From assembly GCA_965221775.1 (NCBI GenBank), contig CBDCSU010000006.1, positions 1,120,001 through 1,184,000 on the forward strand: DNA of 64,000 nucleotides, in the 5' to 3' direction. This stretch comes from Candidatus Latescibacterota bacterium (lineage in GTDB: Bacteria; Latescibacterota; UBA2968; UBA8231). The notes below the pieces were generated by a model, which saw nothing but the letters and a program-made list of their open reading frames with translations, did no database searches and was not told where the DNA came from. Position numbers and translations under genes: made by a program. How positions within the stretch are numbered: the stretch's first letter is position 1; each line of letters opens with the position of its first letter. Positions 18,538 to 27,166 of this stretch are shown in pieces.

Positions 18538-20481
18538 ATGACGAAGAAGGTCAAGTTCATGTGCACCGCCTTCCGCGACGGCTTCCAGTCCGTGTACGGA
18601 GCGCGGGTGCTCACGCCCGATTTCCTCCCCGCCCTGGAGGCCGCCCGCGAGGCCGGCATCGACTACTTCGAGGCCGGCGGCGGGGCCCGCTTCCAGTCCC
18701 TCTACTTCTACTGCAACGAGGACGCCTTCGACATGATGGACGCCTTCCGCGAGACGGCGGGCCCGGAGGCGAACCTGCAGACCTTGTCGCGGGGCGTAAA
18801 CGTCGTCGGACTCGACTCGCAGCCGAGCGACATCATCAAGCTCCACGCCGACCTCTTCGCCCGCCACGGCATGACGACGATCCGCAACTTCGACGCCCTC
18901 AACGACGTGGACAATCTCGTCCACTCGGGGCGCTGCATCGTCGAGGCGGGTCTCAAGCACCAGGTCTGCGTCACCATGATGGCCCTGCCGCCGGGGTGCC
19001 GCGGCGCCCACGACCCGGCTTTCTACACCGAGACCCTGCGCAAGATCCTCGACGCCGAGATCCCCTTCGACTCGGTCTGCTTCAAGGACGCCTCCGGCAC
19101 GGCGGTGCCGGCCACCGTCTTCGAGACCATCGTGCAGGCCCGGCGCCTGCTGCCGGAGGGCACCTTCATCCACTTCCACACCCACGAGACCGCCGGCATC
19201 TCGGTGCAGGCCTACAACGCCGCCCTCGACGCCGGCGCGGACGCCATCGACCTGTCGCTGGCGCCGGTCTCGGGCGGCACCTGCCAGCCCGACGTGCTGG
19301 TCATGTGGCACGCCCTGCGCGCCACCGAGTACGACCTCGACATCGACGTCGACAAGGTCCGCGAGGCGGAAGAGGTCTTCAAGGAGTGCATGCGCGACTA
19401 CTACCTGCCGCCCGAGGCGGTGGCGGTGGAGCCCATGATCCCCTGGAGCCCCATGCCCGGAGGCGCGCTCACCGCCAACACCCAGATGCTGCGCGACAAC
19501 GGCATCATGGACCGCTACCCGGAGATGATCCGCGCCATGGGCGACGTCGTCGAGCGCGGCGGCTTCGGCACCTCGGTGACGCCGGTGTCGCAGTTCTATT
19601 TCCAGCAGGCCTTCAACAACGTCATGCTCGGCCCGTGGGAGCGCATCGCCGACGACTACGGGCGCATGGTCCTCGGGTACTTCGGCAAGACCCCGGTGCC
19701 GCCCGATCCCGAGGTCGTGGCCCGGGCCAGCGAGCAGCTCGGTCTGAAGCCGACCGACCGGCCTCCCCTGGAGCTGAACGACGCCGACCCGAAGAAGGGT
19801 GCCGGCCCGGCCCGCGAGCGCCTCAAGGCGGAGGGCCTGGAGACCACCGACGAGAGCATCTTCATCGCCGCCGCCTGCGGCGACAAGGGCATCGCCTTCC
19901 TCAAGGGCGAGGCCGAGCTGGGGGTCCGAAAGACCGGCGACGAGGTGCCCGCGAAACCGGCGCCCGCGCCACCGGCCCCGCAACCGACGACACCCGCTCC
20001 TGCTGAGCCGCCGCCGCCCGCACCCGTCCCCGAAGGTCCGGCGTCCTACTCGGTCAAGGTGGAGGGCCGCTCCTACACCGTCGTCGTCGAAGGCGACAAG
20101 GTGAGGGTTGGCGACAAGACCTACGACGTGAGCGCCGACGAAGGCGGCCAGCCCGCTGCCGCCGAGAGCGCCCCCGCGGCGCCGGCCGCCGCCCCGGCGG
20201 AGAGCGCGGCGCCTCCCGCCGCGCCCAGCGCCCCCGGCCCCGCAACCGAGGCCGCGGGCGGCACGGTGCCCGTGGAGTCGCACATGCCCGGCAAGGTGGT
20301 GCGCATCGTCGCCGAGCCGGGAACCGCCGTCAGCGACGGCGACGCGGTGATCATGATCGAGGCGATGAAGATGGAAGTGCCCGTGCCCTCCCCCGTGAGC
20401 GGCACCGTCGTCTCGGTGGCGGTCTCGGCGGGCGACCAGGTCGGCGAGTCGCAGGTGCTCGCGGCGGTGCGGCCGGACTGA
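18538..20481 (+). CDS. oadA: oxaloacetate decarboxylase alpha-like subunit (carboxyltransferase plus biotin carrier)
   Basis: FRDGFQS, GGGARF, FKDASG, HTH metal motif, Pro/Ala linker, EAMKM biotinylation site. Confidence 0.9.
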   Translation: MTKKVKFMCTAFRDGFQSVYGARVLTPDFLPALEAAREAGIDYFEAGGGARFQSLYFYCNEDAFDMMDAFRETAGPEANLQTLSRGVNVVGLDSQPSDIIKLHADLFARHGMTTIRNFDALNDVDNLVHSGRCIVEAGLKHQVCVTMMALPPGCRGAHDPAFYTETLRKILDAEIPFDSVCFKDASGTAVPATVFETIVQARRLLPEGTFIHFHTHETAGISVQAYNAALDAGADAIDLSLAPVSGGTCQPDVLVMWHALRATEYDLDIDVDKVREAEEVFKECMRDYYLPPEAVAVEPMIPWSPMPGGALTANTQMLRDNGIMDRYPEMIRAMGDVVERGGFGTSVTPVSQFYFQQAFNNVMLGPWERIADDYGRMVLGYFGKTPVPPDPEVVARASEQLGLKPTDRPPLELNDADPKKGAGPARERLKAEGLETTDESIFIAAACGDKGIAFLKGEAELGVRKTGDEVPAKPAPAPPAPQPTTPAPAEPPPPAPVPEGPASYSVKVEGRSYTVVVEGDKVRVGDKTYDVSADEGGQPAAAESAPAAPAAAPAESAAPPAAPSAPGPATEAAGGTVPVESHMPGKVVRIVAEPGTAVSDGDAVIMIEAMKMEVPVPSPVSGTVVSVAVSAGDQVGESQVLAAVRPD

Positions 20482-20534
20482 TCCACCCAACCCCTCCAGA
20501 ACAAGCCACAGTCACGAATGAGGGAAACCCCCCC

Positions 20535-21977
20535 GTGAATGCAAACGATTGGACCACCGTACCTGGCTGGGATGCGGCGAAGCACGAGTACGTCGAACTC
20601 GACTGCGAACGCTGGATCAGGGAAAACAAGATCCGTGAGGCTGGACGCGACAACGGGAGGCAGAACTTCCCGCCCTCGGAAGCGGTCCAACCTGACGAGA
20701 TGTACATGAAAATTCTGGCTTGGGTGAACCAGCGAGGCAAAGGGTGCTACGCGGCGGTCGGCGATTACCTCGTCCAGCAACGTGAGGCCCTCGAACGCGA
20801 AGTGAAGGAGGGAATGGCCCCCATCCGGAACCGGGTAGAAGGGATGAGGGACGAGGGCATCCAGGCCCTGACCGACCAGGCCACGGAGGATCACACAAAC
20901 CTGCAGCAGAAGAAGCACGAAGCCCGCGAGGCTTGGACGGCGTTGGAGAGAACAAAGGCAGAAGCAAACCTCAAACGGGTGGCGGAGTACGACGGAAGAG
21001 ACTCTTGGTACGGGTGGTTGATCGGGATCGTCATTGTGGAAGTGGTGTTCAACGCCGGGATGCTCGCGGCAGTGCACGAACACGGCCTGCTGGGCGCCGT
21101 AGGGACCATGGCTTTCATCGCAATCGTGAACGCTGTCTTCCTGGCCGGGATGATCGGTGAGGGATGGCGGCTCAAGAACTCGCACGATCTGTTACCAAAG
21201 TCCGCCGGCTGGCTCCTGATAGCCGTGGGGGCATCGGGAACGCTGGTCTTCAACCTCCTCGTGGGTCACTTCCGGGATAGCATGCAGGCGGTGACTGCAA
21301 GGGCCACCGCAAGTACCCTGAGCGAACTGTTGGCCGACGACACCTTTGAGAGGTTCGCAAACAACCCCTTCGGGCTTGAGGGAATGCTCTCAGGGCTCCT
21401 CGTAGCCATCGGGACCGGGTGCTGCTTCTTTGCCGCCACCAAGTGGCTGAAACGAGACGACGTCTATCCCGGGTATGGAGCGCGGCATCGTGCGGCAACC
21501 CAACACAACGGCGAATTCCTGCGGGAACTTGAGGCCCGCCGGGAGAAACTCAACAGCATCCACAAGGAGTACATCGAGAAGATCAGAGACCAACGGCTCC
21601 AAGTGGAAAACAGGACTGGGGTCGAAACACAGATCACCGAGACAGCCAAGTCGATCGTGGACCAATTCTCCATGCAACTTGGCCAGTACCAGCACCACTT
21701 GGATTTCATCCTCGCTGCGTACAGATCCGAGAACGAGAAAGCCCGCACCACGGCGCCTCCTGGATTCTTCGCTGAGCCATTCTCGATCGATCCCGAGATG
21801 CTGAAACCACCGTCTTTCAGGGGGGTCCGCACTCCCAATCCTCTGGATTCCAGTTGGGAGGGGTTTCAACAAGCCGAGAAGGCGATCCGCACAGCATACC
21901 AGGAGGCGCAGAAGGGCTACCCAACCCTGGAGGCGTGGATGGGAGACCGCACGGGGGAGCCCGAGAATGAACAGTGA
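20535..21977 (+). CDS. hypothetical 4-TM membrane protein with flanking coiled coils
   Basis: Four hydrophobic segments (with intramembrane E/N) between long helical regions, DDVYPGYG motif. Overlaps the next gene by 11 nt. Confidence 0.8.
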   Translation: MNANDWTTVPGWDAAKHEYVELDCERWIRENKIREAGRDNGRQNFPPSEAVQPDEMYMKILAWVNQRGKGCYAAVGDYLVQQREALEREVKEGMAPIRNRVEGMRDEGIQALTDQATEDHTNLQQKKHEAREAWTALERTKAEANLKRVAEYDGRDSWYGWLIGIVIVEVVFNAGMLAAVHEHGLLGAVGTMAFIAIVNAVFLAGMIGEGWRLKNSHDLLPKSAGWLLIAVGASGTLVFNLLVGHFRDSMQAVTARATASTLSELLADDTFERFANNPFGLEGMLSGLLVAIGTGCCFFAATKWLKRDDVYPGYGARHRAATQHNGEFLRELEARREKLNSIHKEYIEKIRDQRLQVENRTGVETQITETAKSIVDQFSMQLGQYQHHLDFILAAYRSENEKARTTAPPGFFAEPFSIDPEMLKPPSFRGVRTPNPLDSSWEGFQQAEKAIRTAYQEAQKGYPTLEAWMGDRTGEPENEQ

Positions 21978-22794
21978 GTCCCGCGGCCAGCGCCAAGCCA
22001 AGCACCGACGCCGAACGAGGCTTTTCGTCTTTATCGTTGTGCCTCTGGTGGCCTGCCTGTGGGTCTACCTCTCGACAAAAGAGGCCGAACCCCTCGACGA
22101 CCAAGGGTGCCCAAGAGAGACCGGCCCAACCCGCGAGGTGCTCTTGCTGGTCGACACCTCCGACCCCCTGACCGACAAGCACAAGGAAGAGCTGGGCCGG
22201 ATCCTGCGCGAGATGACGAGTCCGGCCTCAACCGGCCGCCACGACGAGATGGCCGTGAGAAAGGGCGAACGAGTGACGCTCTACGGGCTGGAGGGCGCCG
22301 AGATTCCACGGAAGCCCCTCGCCCAGATCTGCCACCCCGGGGGGAATCCCGAAGAGCGGGAGCGATTCAGCGAACTAACAAGAGGCTCGGTGATCACCCA
22401 ATGGCACTGGGAGAACTTCAAGAAGGTGATTGAGGGAATGTTCCCGAGGGATACGTCCGAGGCGCAGCCCTCGTCTCCAATCCTCGAAGCCCTCGCGGTC
22501 ATCACCCCCCGCCACTCACACAGCCGCCGCGCGGCCGAGGACGCAAGACCCACCCACCTGATCATCATATCCGACCTGCTCCAGAACACGCCGATTCTCT
22601 CTCATTACACGTCGTATCCGCCCCCTCAAGAGATACCGCGTGAACTGCGGACGGATCTCTCCCGTGTGGAGGTCAGCCTCTTCCGATTGGAGAGGCACAA
22701 GTACGAGATCTATCAGACGCCGGAACACTACTACTGGTGGACTGACTTGATCGAGGAGTTGGGAGGAAAGGTGGTATGGCAACAGGCACTGTAG
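21967..22794 (+). CDS. membrane-anchored vWA-like protein
   Basis: Basic N-terminus plus one TM, MIDAS-like LLLVDTSD, SPILEAL, LIIISDLLQN. Confidence 0.65.
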   Translation: MNSESRGQRQAKHRRRTRLFVFIVVPLVACLWVYLSTKEAEPLDDQGCPRETGPTREVLLLVDTSDPLTDKHKEELGRILREMTSPASTGRHDEMAVRKGERVTLYGLEGAEIPRKPLAQICHPGGNPEERERFSELTRGSVITQWHWENFKKVIEGMFPRDTSEAQPSSPILEALAVITPRHSHSRRAAEDARPTHLIIISDLLQNTPILSHYTSYPPPQEIPRELRTDLSRVEVSLFRLERHKYEIYQTPEHYYWWTDLIEELGGKVVWQQAL

Positions 22795-24203
22795 AAAAGG
22801 GCCGGCGCCGCCTGTTTCAAACAGAGAGAGCCTTCCAGCGGGCCTTTTGGGTCGGATTTCTCCTGATTCCGGTGGTGAAACTGGTCGCCCAAGGGGCGCC
22901 GATCATTGGCGGGTTCGTTGCGGCCGCACTCGGGATCCTCATCATGGGGTTCTACAGATCCGAGCAAACCCAGGTCCGTCCACCGCATGAACACCCTCGC
23001 CTGGGTGATGAGGTCTATTACCTCGGGTTGCTGTATACGCTCACCTCTCTCTGTGCGGCCCTCGTCACTCTGTTTCTACTGCAGGGGACAGAGCAGACCC
23101 TGGAGAGGCGCACCGACGAGATGATCGGCAGCTTCGGGATTGCGCTTCTCACAACCATGGCCGGGATCGTCCTGCGCATGGACCTGCAGGGCCACGCGCC
23201 CGAGGATCAAGACGTAGACGTCAGCCGCGACCTGGAGCGCTATGCTCGTGAGCTCCGCAGGCAACTCGAGAGCTCCGCCAACGCCTTCGCATCCCACGCC
23301 AACAAGACGATCCTGCAGGCAAAGACCACTCATGCCCACATGGATGAATTGATGCAGACCTTCCATCGGGGGCTGGAAGAGAAGGCGAAGGCCGAGCTGG
23401 CCCGCCTGCAGGCGCTCCACGAATCCGCCGCCGACAGCGCCGAGCAGGCACTCCGCCGGACAGAGGCCCAGCAGGAAGGGATCCACACCGCCCTGCAGGG
23501 CTTCCAGGCGCAAGTGACCGCCATGGACGAGAGCATCGAACGCATCCGAGTTGGAAGCGAGGCGACGGCCACGCACCTGGGTACGATCGGCGCACTGGCG
23601 GAGCAGAGCGTCAAGGTGGGGCACGACTGGGTAACCATCCAGCACCAGGCGAACGGGGCCATGGGCGAAATGCAGCAGACCACCCGGGAACTGGCCACGC
23701 TTGGCCACGAGGCACAACGCACGAGCGCCGAGCTGGCTGCTTTGCCCGATGGGCTCCGAACAGCCACGGCTGAGGTGGAGAAACTCACCGAGGCCACAAC
23801 CGCCAGCAAGGCGATGGCAGACCTGGAGGTCAACGCCACGGCGGTGGCCCGGAACCTCGCTGCCATTGCCGATGCCGGCCAGTTGCACCACGAGGCCATC
23901 GGCGCCGCCGTGGAGAAGCTCCAGGCCCTTGCGGAGACGGCAAGCCAGGACTTCGCGGCCCAAGGCCAGCTGAAGGAGGCGATCGTCCAACTCGCCGAGG
24001 TGGCGGCGACCGCGGCCAGTTACACGCAGAGTTTGAAAAGCACGTTGCGGGAGGTGCAGGGCATCAATTCAGAGCTGAAGAGCGTGCAAACTGCGCTGCG
24101 CGACGAAGGGACAGATCTCGCCACGCAGCTGCGGGCGGCCATCGCTGCGTTGGAGGAAGCAAGGCGTAGTGACAGCGCATGGAAGCGCTTTTTTGGAGGC
24201 TAG
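22776..24203 (+). CDS. MotA/TolQ/ExbB-like (ZorA-like) membrane protein with long C-terminal helical tail
   Basis: Four TMs including YYLGLLYTLTSL and FGIALLTTMAGIVLR (MotA/ExbB G..GT and AL.TT..G helices), then more than 300 aa of Ala/Gln/Glu-rich heptad sequence ending in AWKRFFGG. Confidence 0.7.
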   Translation: MATGTVEKGRRRLFQTERAFQRAFWVGFLLIPVVKLVAQGAPIIGGFVAAALGILIMGFYRSEQTQVRPPHEHPRLGDEVYYLGLLYTLTSLCAALVTLFLLQGTEQTLERRTDEMIGSFGIALLTTMAGIVLRMDLQGHAPEDQDVDVSRDLERYARELRRQLESSANAFASHANKTILQAKTTHAHMDELMQTFHRGLEEKAKAELARLQALHESAADSAEQALRRTEAQQEGIHTALQGFQAQVTAMDESIERIRVGSEATATHLGTIGALAEQSVKVGHDWVTIQHQANGAMGEMQQTTRELATLGHEAQRTSAELAALPDGLRTATAEVEKLTEATTASKAMADLEVNATAVARNLAAIADAGQLHHEAIGAAVEKLQALAETASQDFAAQGQLKEAIVQLAEVAATAASYTQSLKSTLREVQGINSELKSVQTALRDEGTDLATQLRAAIAALEEARRSDSAWKRFFGG

Positions 24204-24212
24204 CTCGACACC

Positions 24213-25631
24213 ATGGAGATGGAGGAAGGATATCGGCGAGGCGCAGTCCTGGGCCTGACGATTGCCGAGATATTCATCCTCCTGGTCTTCCTCATGCTGC
24301 TCGCTCTCATGGGGGTAAACCGCTACTGGGGCGGTAAGCTGGACCCTTGGAAGTCCATCATTGACCAGCACACCCCGGAGGAGGTCGGCGCGGCTCTGAA
24401 GCACCCGGACCAGCAGGGGCGTGAAATCGCAAGGCTTACCCGCCAGATTGAAGATCTGACAAGGCAGAAGGAACGGCTTCAGGAGCGAATCCGAACGCTG
24501 GAGGACAGAGAGGGGACAGCCGGAGAGTTGCTTGATGAGGCCGAAGAGGAGCTACGGGAGCTCGGTAACACACTGGCCGAGCAAGAACAAGCCCTCGCGC
24601 AGGCCAACGACAAGATTCGCATCATCGGCAAGGGAATCACCCCGCCCTGCTGGTACCAACGCGTCCAGGAGACCAACCCCATCACCCAGGCCAACTGGCG
24701 GGAGAAGCCGTACTACCTGTTCGACATCGCCCTCCGTGAGGACCACATGGAGGTTCAGAGGCTTCCGGTCCCGGAGGGATCTGCGGAGGACGACAACGGG
24801 CGCCCCTACGCCGCTGAAGCGAAGGACCTTCCGCTGGACGAAATCCCCTACGGGGAGCGGCTTACGGACGTTGAGATGCGCCGCGCCATGAGTCCGCTAT
24901 ACGAGAGAGCCAAGGCATCCCAAGTCAGGACCTATTCTTGCATTTTCTATGTACGCGTCTGGGACGAGACTCCCTCAGGCGCAAAAGACCGATGGAAACA
25001 GGCTCATGATGGAGTGCTGGAGCAACTCTTCGGTACGCATCAAGTCCGTGGAACATCATGGGAAGACCGGGGCCAGGAGCCCGTGAACGTTCGAGTGGAT
25101 CAGGGGGGCCGGGAGCCCGTGAACGTCGGAGGGAATCTGGATTTGCGGGACTTGGAGATCGCGCCGGAGACCAGGTGTTCCGAGTATGACAGGGAGCGGG
25201 ACTATCCTTATTCCCAGTCTCTCGAACGTCAAATTCTGCAAGAGTTGGGAGCGATCCGCTGCATGTACACTGACAGGGTCTTCGATTCTCTTCACGATAC
25301 GGAGATCGAGCACATCGTTGCGTTGAGCGAAGCCCATGATTCCGGCTTGTGCAGCGCGGATGCGGAGACCCGGCGAGAGTTCAGCAGCGACTTGCTGAAT
25401 CTGACATTGGCTGATCCCCAGGTGAACCGGCAGAAGGGCGACAAGGACCCTGGCGAGTGGCTTCCGCAGGTCAACCGTCTTTGGTACGCCCGCCGGGTCC
25501 TTGCAGTAAAGCGCAAGTATGGTCTGACAATCGACCGGAGGGAACAGGAAGCCTTGCAGGAAGTCCTGCTGAATCTCGAGACCGCTGCCAAGTCAGCTCC
25601 AGCAGGTTCTAGCGCGGACTCGCTGCAGTGA
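24213..25631 (+). CDS. MotB/ZorB-like single-TM protein fused to C-terminal HNH (DUF1524-like) nuclease
   Basis: N-terminal TM with acidic residue (LTIAEIFILLVFLMLL), coiled coil, PPCW..YLFD domain, then EIEHIVALSEAHDSG...NLTLA...VNRQKGDKD..EWLP. Confidence 0.7.
   Translation: MEMEEGYRRGAVLGLTIAEIFILLVFLMLLALMGVNRYWGGKLDPWKSIIDQHTPEEVGAALKHPDQQGREIARLTRQIEDLTRQKERLQERIRTLEDREGTAGELLDEAEEELRELGNTLAEQEQALAQANDKIRIIGKGITPPCWYQRVQETNPITQANWREKPYYLFDIALREDHMEVQRLPVPEGSAEDDNGRPYAAEAKDLPLDEIPYGERLTDVEMRRAMSPLYERAKASQVRTYSCIFYVRVWDETPSGAKDRWKQAHDGVLEQLFGTHQVRGTSWEDRGQEPVNVRVDQGGREPVNVGGNLDLRDLEIAPETRCSEYDRERDYPYSQSLERQILQELGAIRCMYTDRVFDSLHDTEIEHIVALSEAHDSGLCSADAETRREFSSDLLNLTLADPQVNRQKGDKDPGEWLPQVNRLWYARRVLAVKRKYGLTIDRREQEALQEVLLNLETAAKSAPAGSSADSLQ
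25071..25142 (+). repeat. 36-bp imperfect in-frame tandem duplication (GQEPVNVRVDQG / GREPVNVGGNLD)
   Basis: ggccaggagcccgtgaacgt at 25071 and ggccgggagcccgtgaacgt at 25107. Confidence 0.85.
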
Positions 25632-25692
25632 CACTCACCTGATGGGGCCGGGGCGCCGAGCCTCCCTGCCCCACCCGCACTCCGATCCCGCC

Positions 25693-26490
25693 ATGCCCGC
25701 TACCCGGTCAGACCCACCCCCACTGCCGGTGACAGTGGCCCGAATCAGTCGAGGCGGCAGCGTCCGACCCGTCTGGCAGAATGCGCTTGGAGGCACCACC
25801 TACGAGCTGACCGCCGGCGCCTCCCGGTCCTTTCTGAAGTGGGCACCCGCCGAGAGCCCCATCGACCTGTCCGAGGAGCGCCACCGCCTTGAATGGGCCG
25901 TACGCTATGCGAGCGTACCGATGGTGCTTGACCATGGCGCCGAGTTCGATGGGTCCTGGCTCCTCACACGAGGGTTGCCCGGCGAGAGTGCCGTCTCTTC
26001 CCGTTGGCTCAGTGATCCGCAAGCTGCTGTCCGAGCCATAGGCGCAGGGCTCCGCGCACTCCATGACGATCTCCCTGCCACCGAATGCCCGTTCAGCTGG
26101 TCGCTCATGGACCGCCGTAGTGACATTCACCGACGAGCACGTGCAGGACTCCTCGACCCCGACACGTGGCATGCGGACCATCGCGCCCTCACGATCGACC
26201 AGGCCCTGGCCCGCCTGCAGCGCAGTCCGCCCGAGGACGACCTCGTCGTGTGTCACGGCGATACCTGCGCTCCAAACACCATCATTGGTTCGCAGGGACA
26301 GTGCACTGGCCATGTAGACCTCGGCTCTCTGGGCGTGGCGGATCGTTGGGCAGACATCGCCATAGCGACATGGAGCACGACATGGAACTACGGCCACGGC
26401 TGGGAATCCACGCTTCTGGATGCATATGGCATGGACCCTGAGCCGAGCCGCATCGCCTACTACCGCCTGCTCTACGATCTCGGACCCTGA
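25693..26490 (+). CDS. aminoglycoside 3'-phosphotransferase family protein
   Basis: FLKW, E..RLEW, VCHGDTCAPN (Brenner motif), VDLGSLGVADRWADIA, YYRLLYDL. Start could be 25642 or 25693. Confidence 0.85.
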   Translation: MPATRSDPPPLPVTVARISRGGSVRPVWQNALGGTTYELTAGASRSFLKWAPAESPIDLSEERHRLEWAVRYASVPMVLDHGAEFDGSWLLTRGLPGESAVSSRWLSDPQAAVRAIGAGLRALHDDLPATECPFSWSLMDRRSDIHRRARAGLLDPDTWHADHRALTIDQALARLQRSPPEDDLVVCHGDTCAPNTIIGSQGQCTGHVDLGSLGVADRWADIAIATWSTTWNYGHGWESTLLDAYGMDPEPSRIAYYRLLYDLGP

Positions 26491-26512
26491 GGGCGAGGAT
26501 ATGTGAGAGCAT

Positions 26513-27004
26513 ATGATCGTTCGAATATCAGCCAAGCTCGGCAAGAAGATCGGTCTGAGCCCGGACAGGGTTCTTCCCGCCGACCCCAGTCCATTCGCCG
26601 ACTGGTCGGCCCACTTGTTCACGGCCGAGCGAACTCAATACATCCTGATCTCGAACACGGCATCCCTCTACTCCATGGTGATGTTTGGCAGAGGCATCAC
26701 CGATGATTGTCGCTTCCTGGATCGGATGACGAGCTACATGCGGGAATTCCTTCGAGCAGATCGCCACGGGTTCATCTTCGAGCGGTTGATCATGCCGCGG
26801 CTGGATCGGGTGAACTTTTCCAAGGCACTCAACCGATCCGTAATCGGTTCGATGAACGATCTCGTCTTCCAGGCTCAGCTTCATCTCATCGAAGGCGCCA
26901 TGCCGCCGGTTGATGTATCGTTTCGCTTGAATGAAGTGCCAATGTCGTATCTGGAGCATTTCACTCCACGAGCGTCCTTTCAGCACCTTGCTCCCGCTAC
27001 CTGA
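26513..27004 (+). CDS. DUF6933-like protein
   Basis: MIVRISAKLGKKI, WSAHLF, N..SLYS, NRSVIGSMND, LNEVPM pattern. Confidence 0.6.
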   Translation: MIVRISAKLGKKIGLSPDRVLPADPSPFADWSAHLFTAERTQYILISNTASLYSMVMFGRGITDDCRFLDRMTSYMREFLRADRHGFIFERLIMPRLDRVNFSKALNRSVIGSMNDLVFQAQLHLIEGAMPPVDVSFRLNEVPMSYLEHFTPRASFQHLAPAT

Positions 27005-27066
27005 GCTGGCCGGCCGCCAGCGGCTGGCTCGGCCGGCGAGGCAGGTGGGCCATCCCTCCTTTTTCC

Positions 27067-27096
27067 TTGACATTGTAAAGCGGCCAATGCTGTACT
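27067..27096 (+). promoter_or_regulatory. possible sigma70 promoter for the DUF5916 operon
   Basis: TTGACA-18 bp-TGTACT with TG at the extended -10 position. CATTG...CAATG inverted repeat in the spacer. Confidence 0.45.
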
Positions 27097-27166
27097 GAGA
27101 AAGCCGCTTCGCCCTCGGGAGACTCCTCCAATCTCCTCTCGGACGGGATAGGTCAGGAGGACCACC

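Larger units (their letters stand above)
20482..27010. other. lower-GC accessory patch (four-gene membrane operon, APH, DUF6933-like)
   Basis: Abrupt rise in A/T-ending codons after the oadA stop, returning to backbone-like composition near 27.2 kb. No integrase or flanking repeats seen. Confidence 0.6.

Noticed and set aside
22776-25631. Flagellar MotAB, TolQR/ExbBD or canonical Zorya
   Set aside because: No OmpA-type or ExbD-type periplasmic domain, no tonB/tolA/flagellar or zorC/D/E neighbours. The long tail and nuclease fusion do not fit.
20482-27160. Prophage, ICE or transposon
   Set aside because: No integrase, transposase, phage genes, tRNA target or terminal repeats seen. Reported only as a compositional patch.
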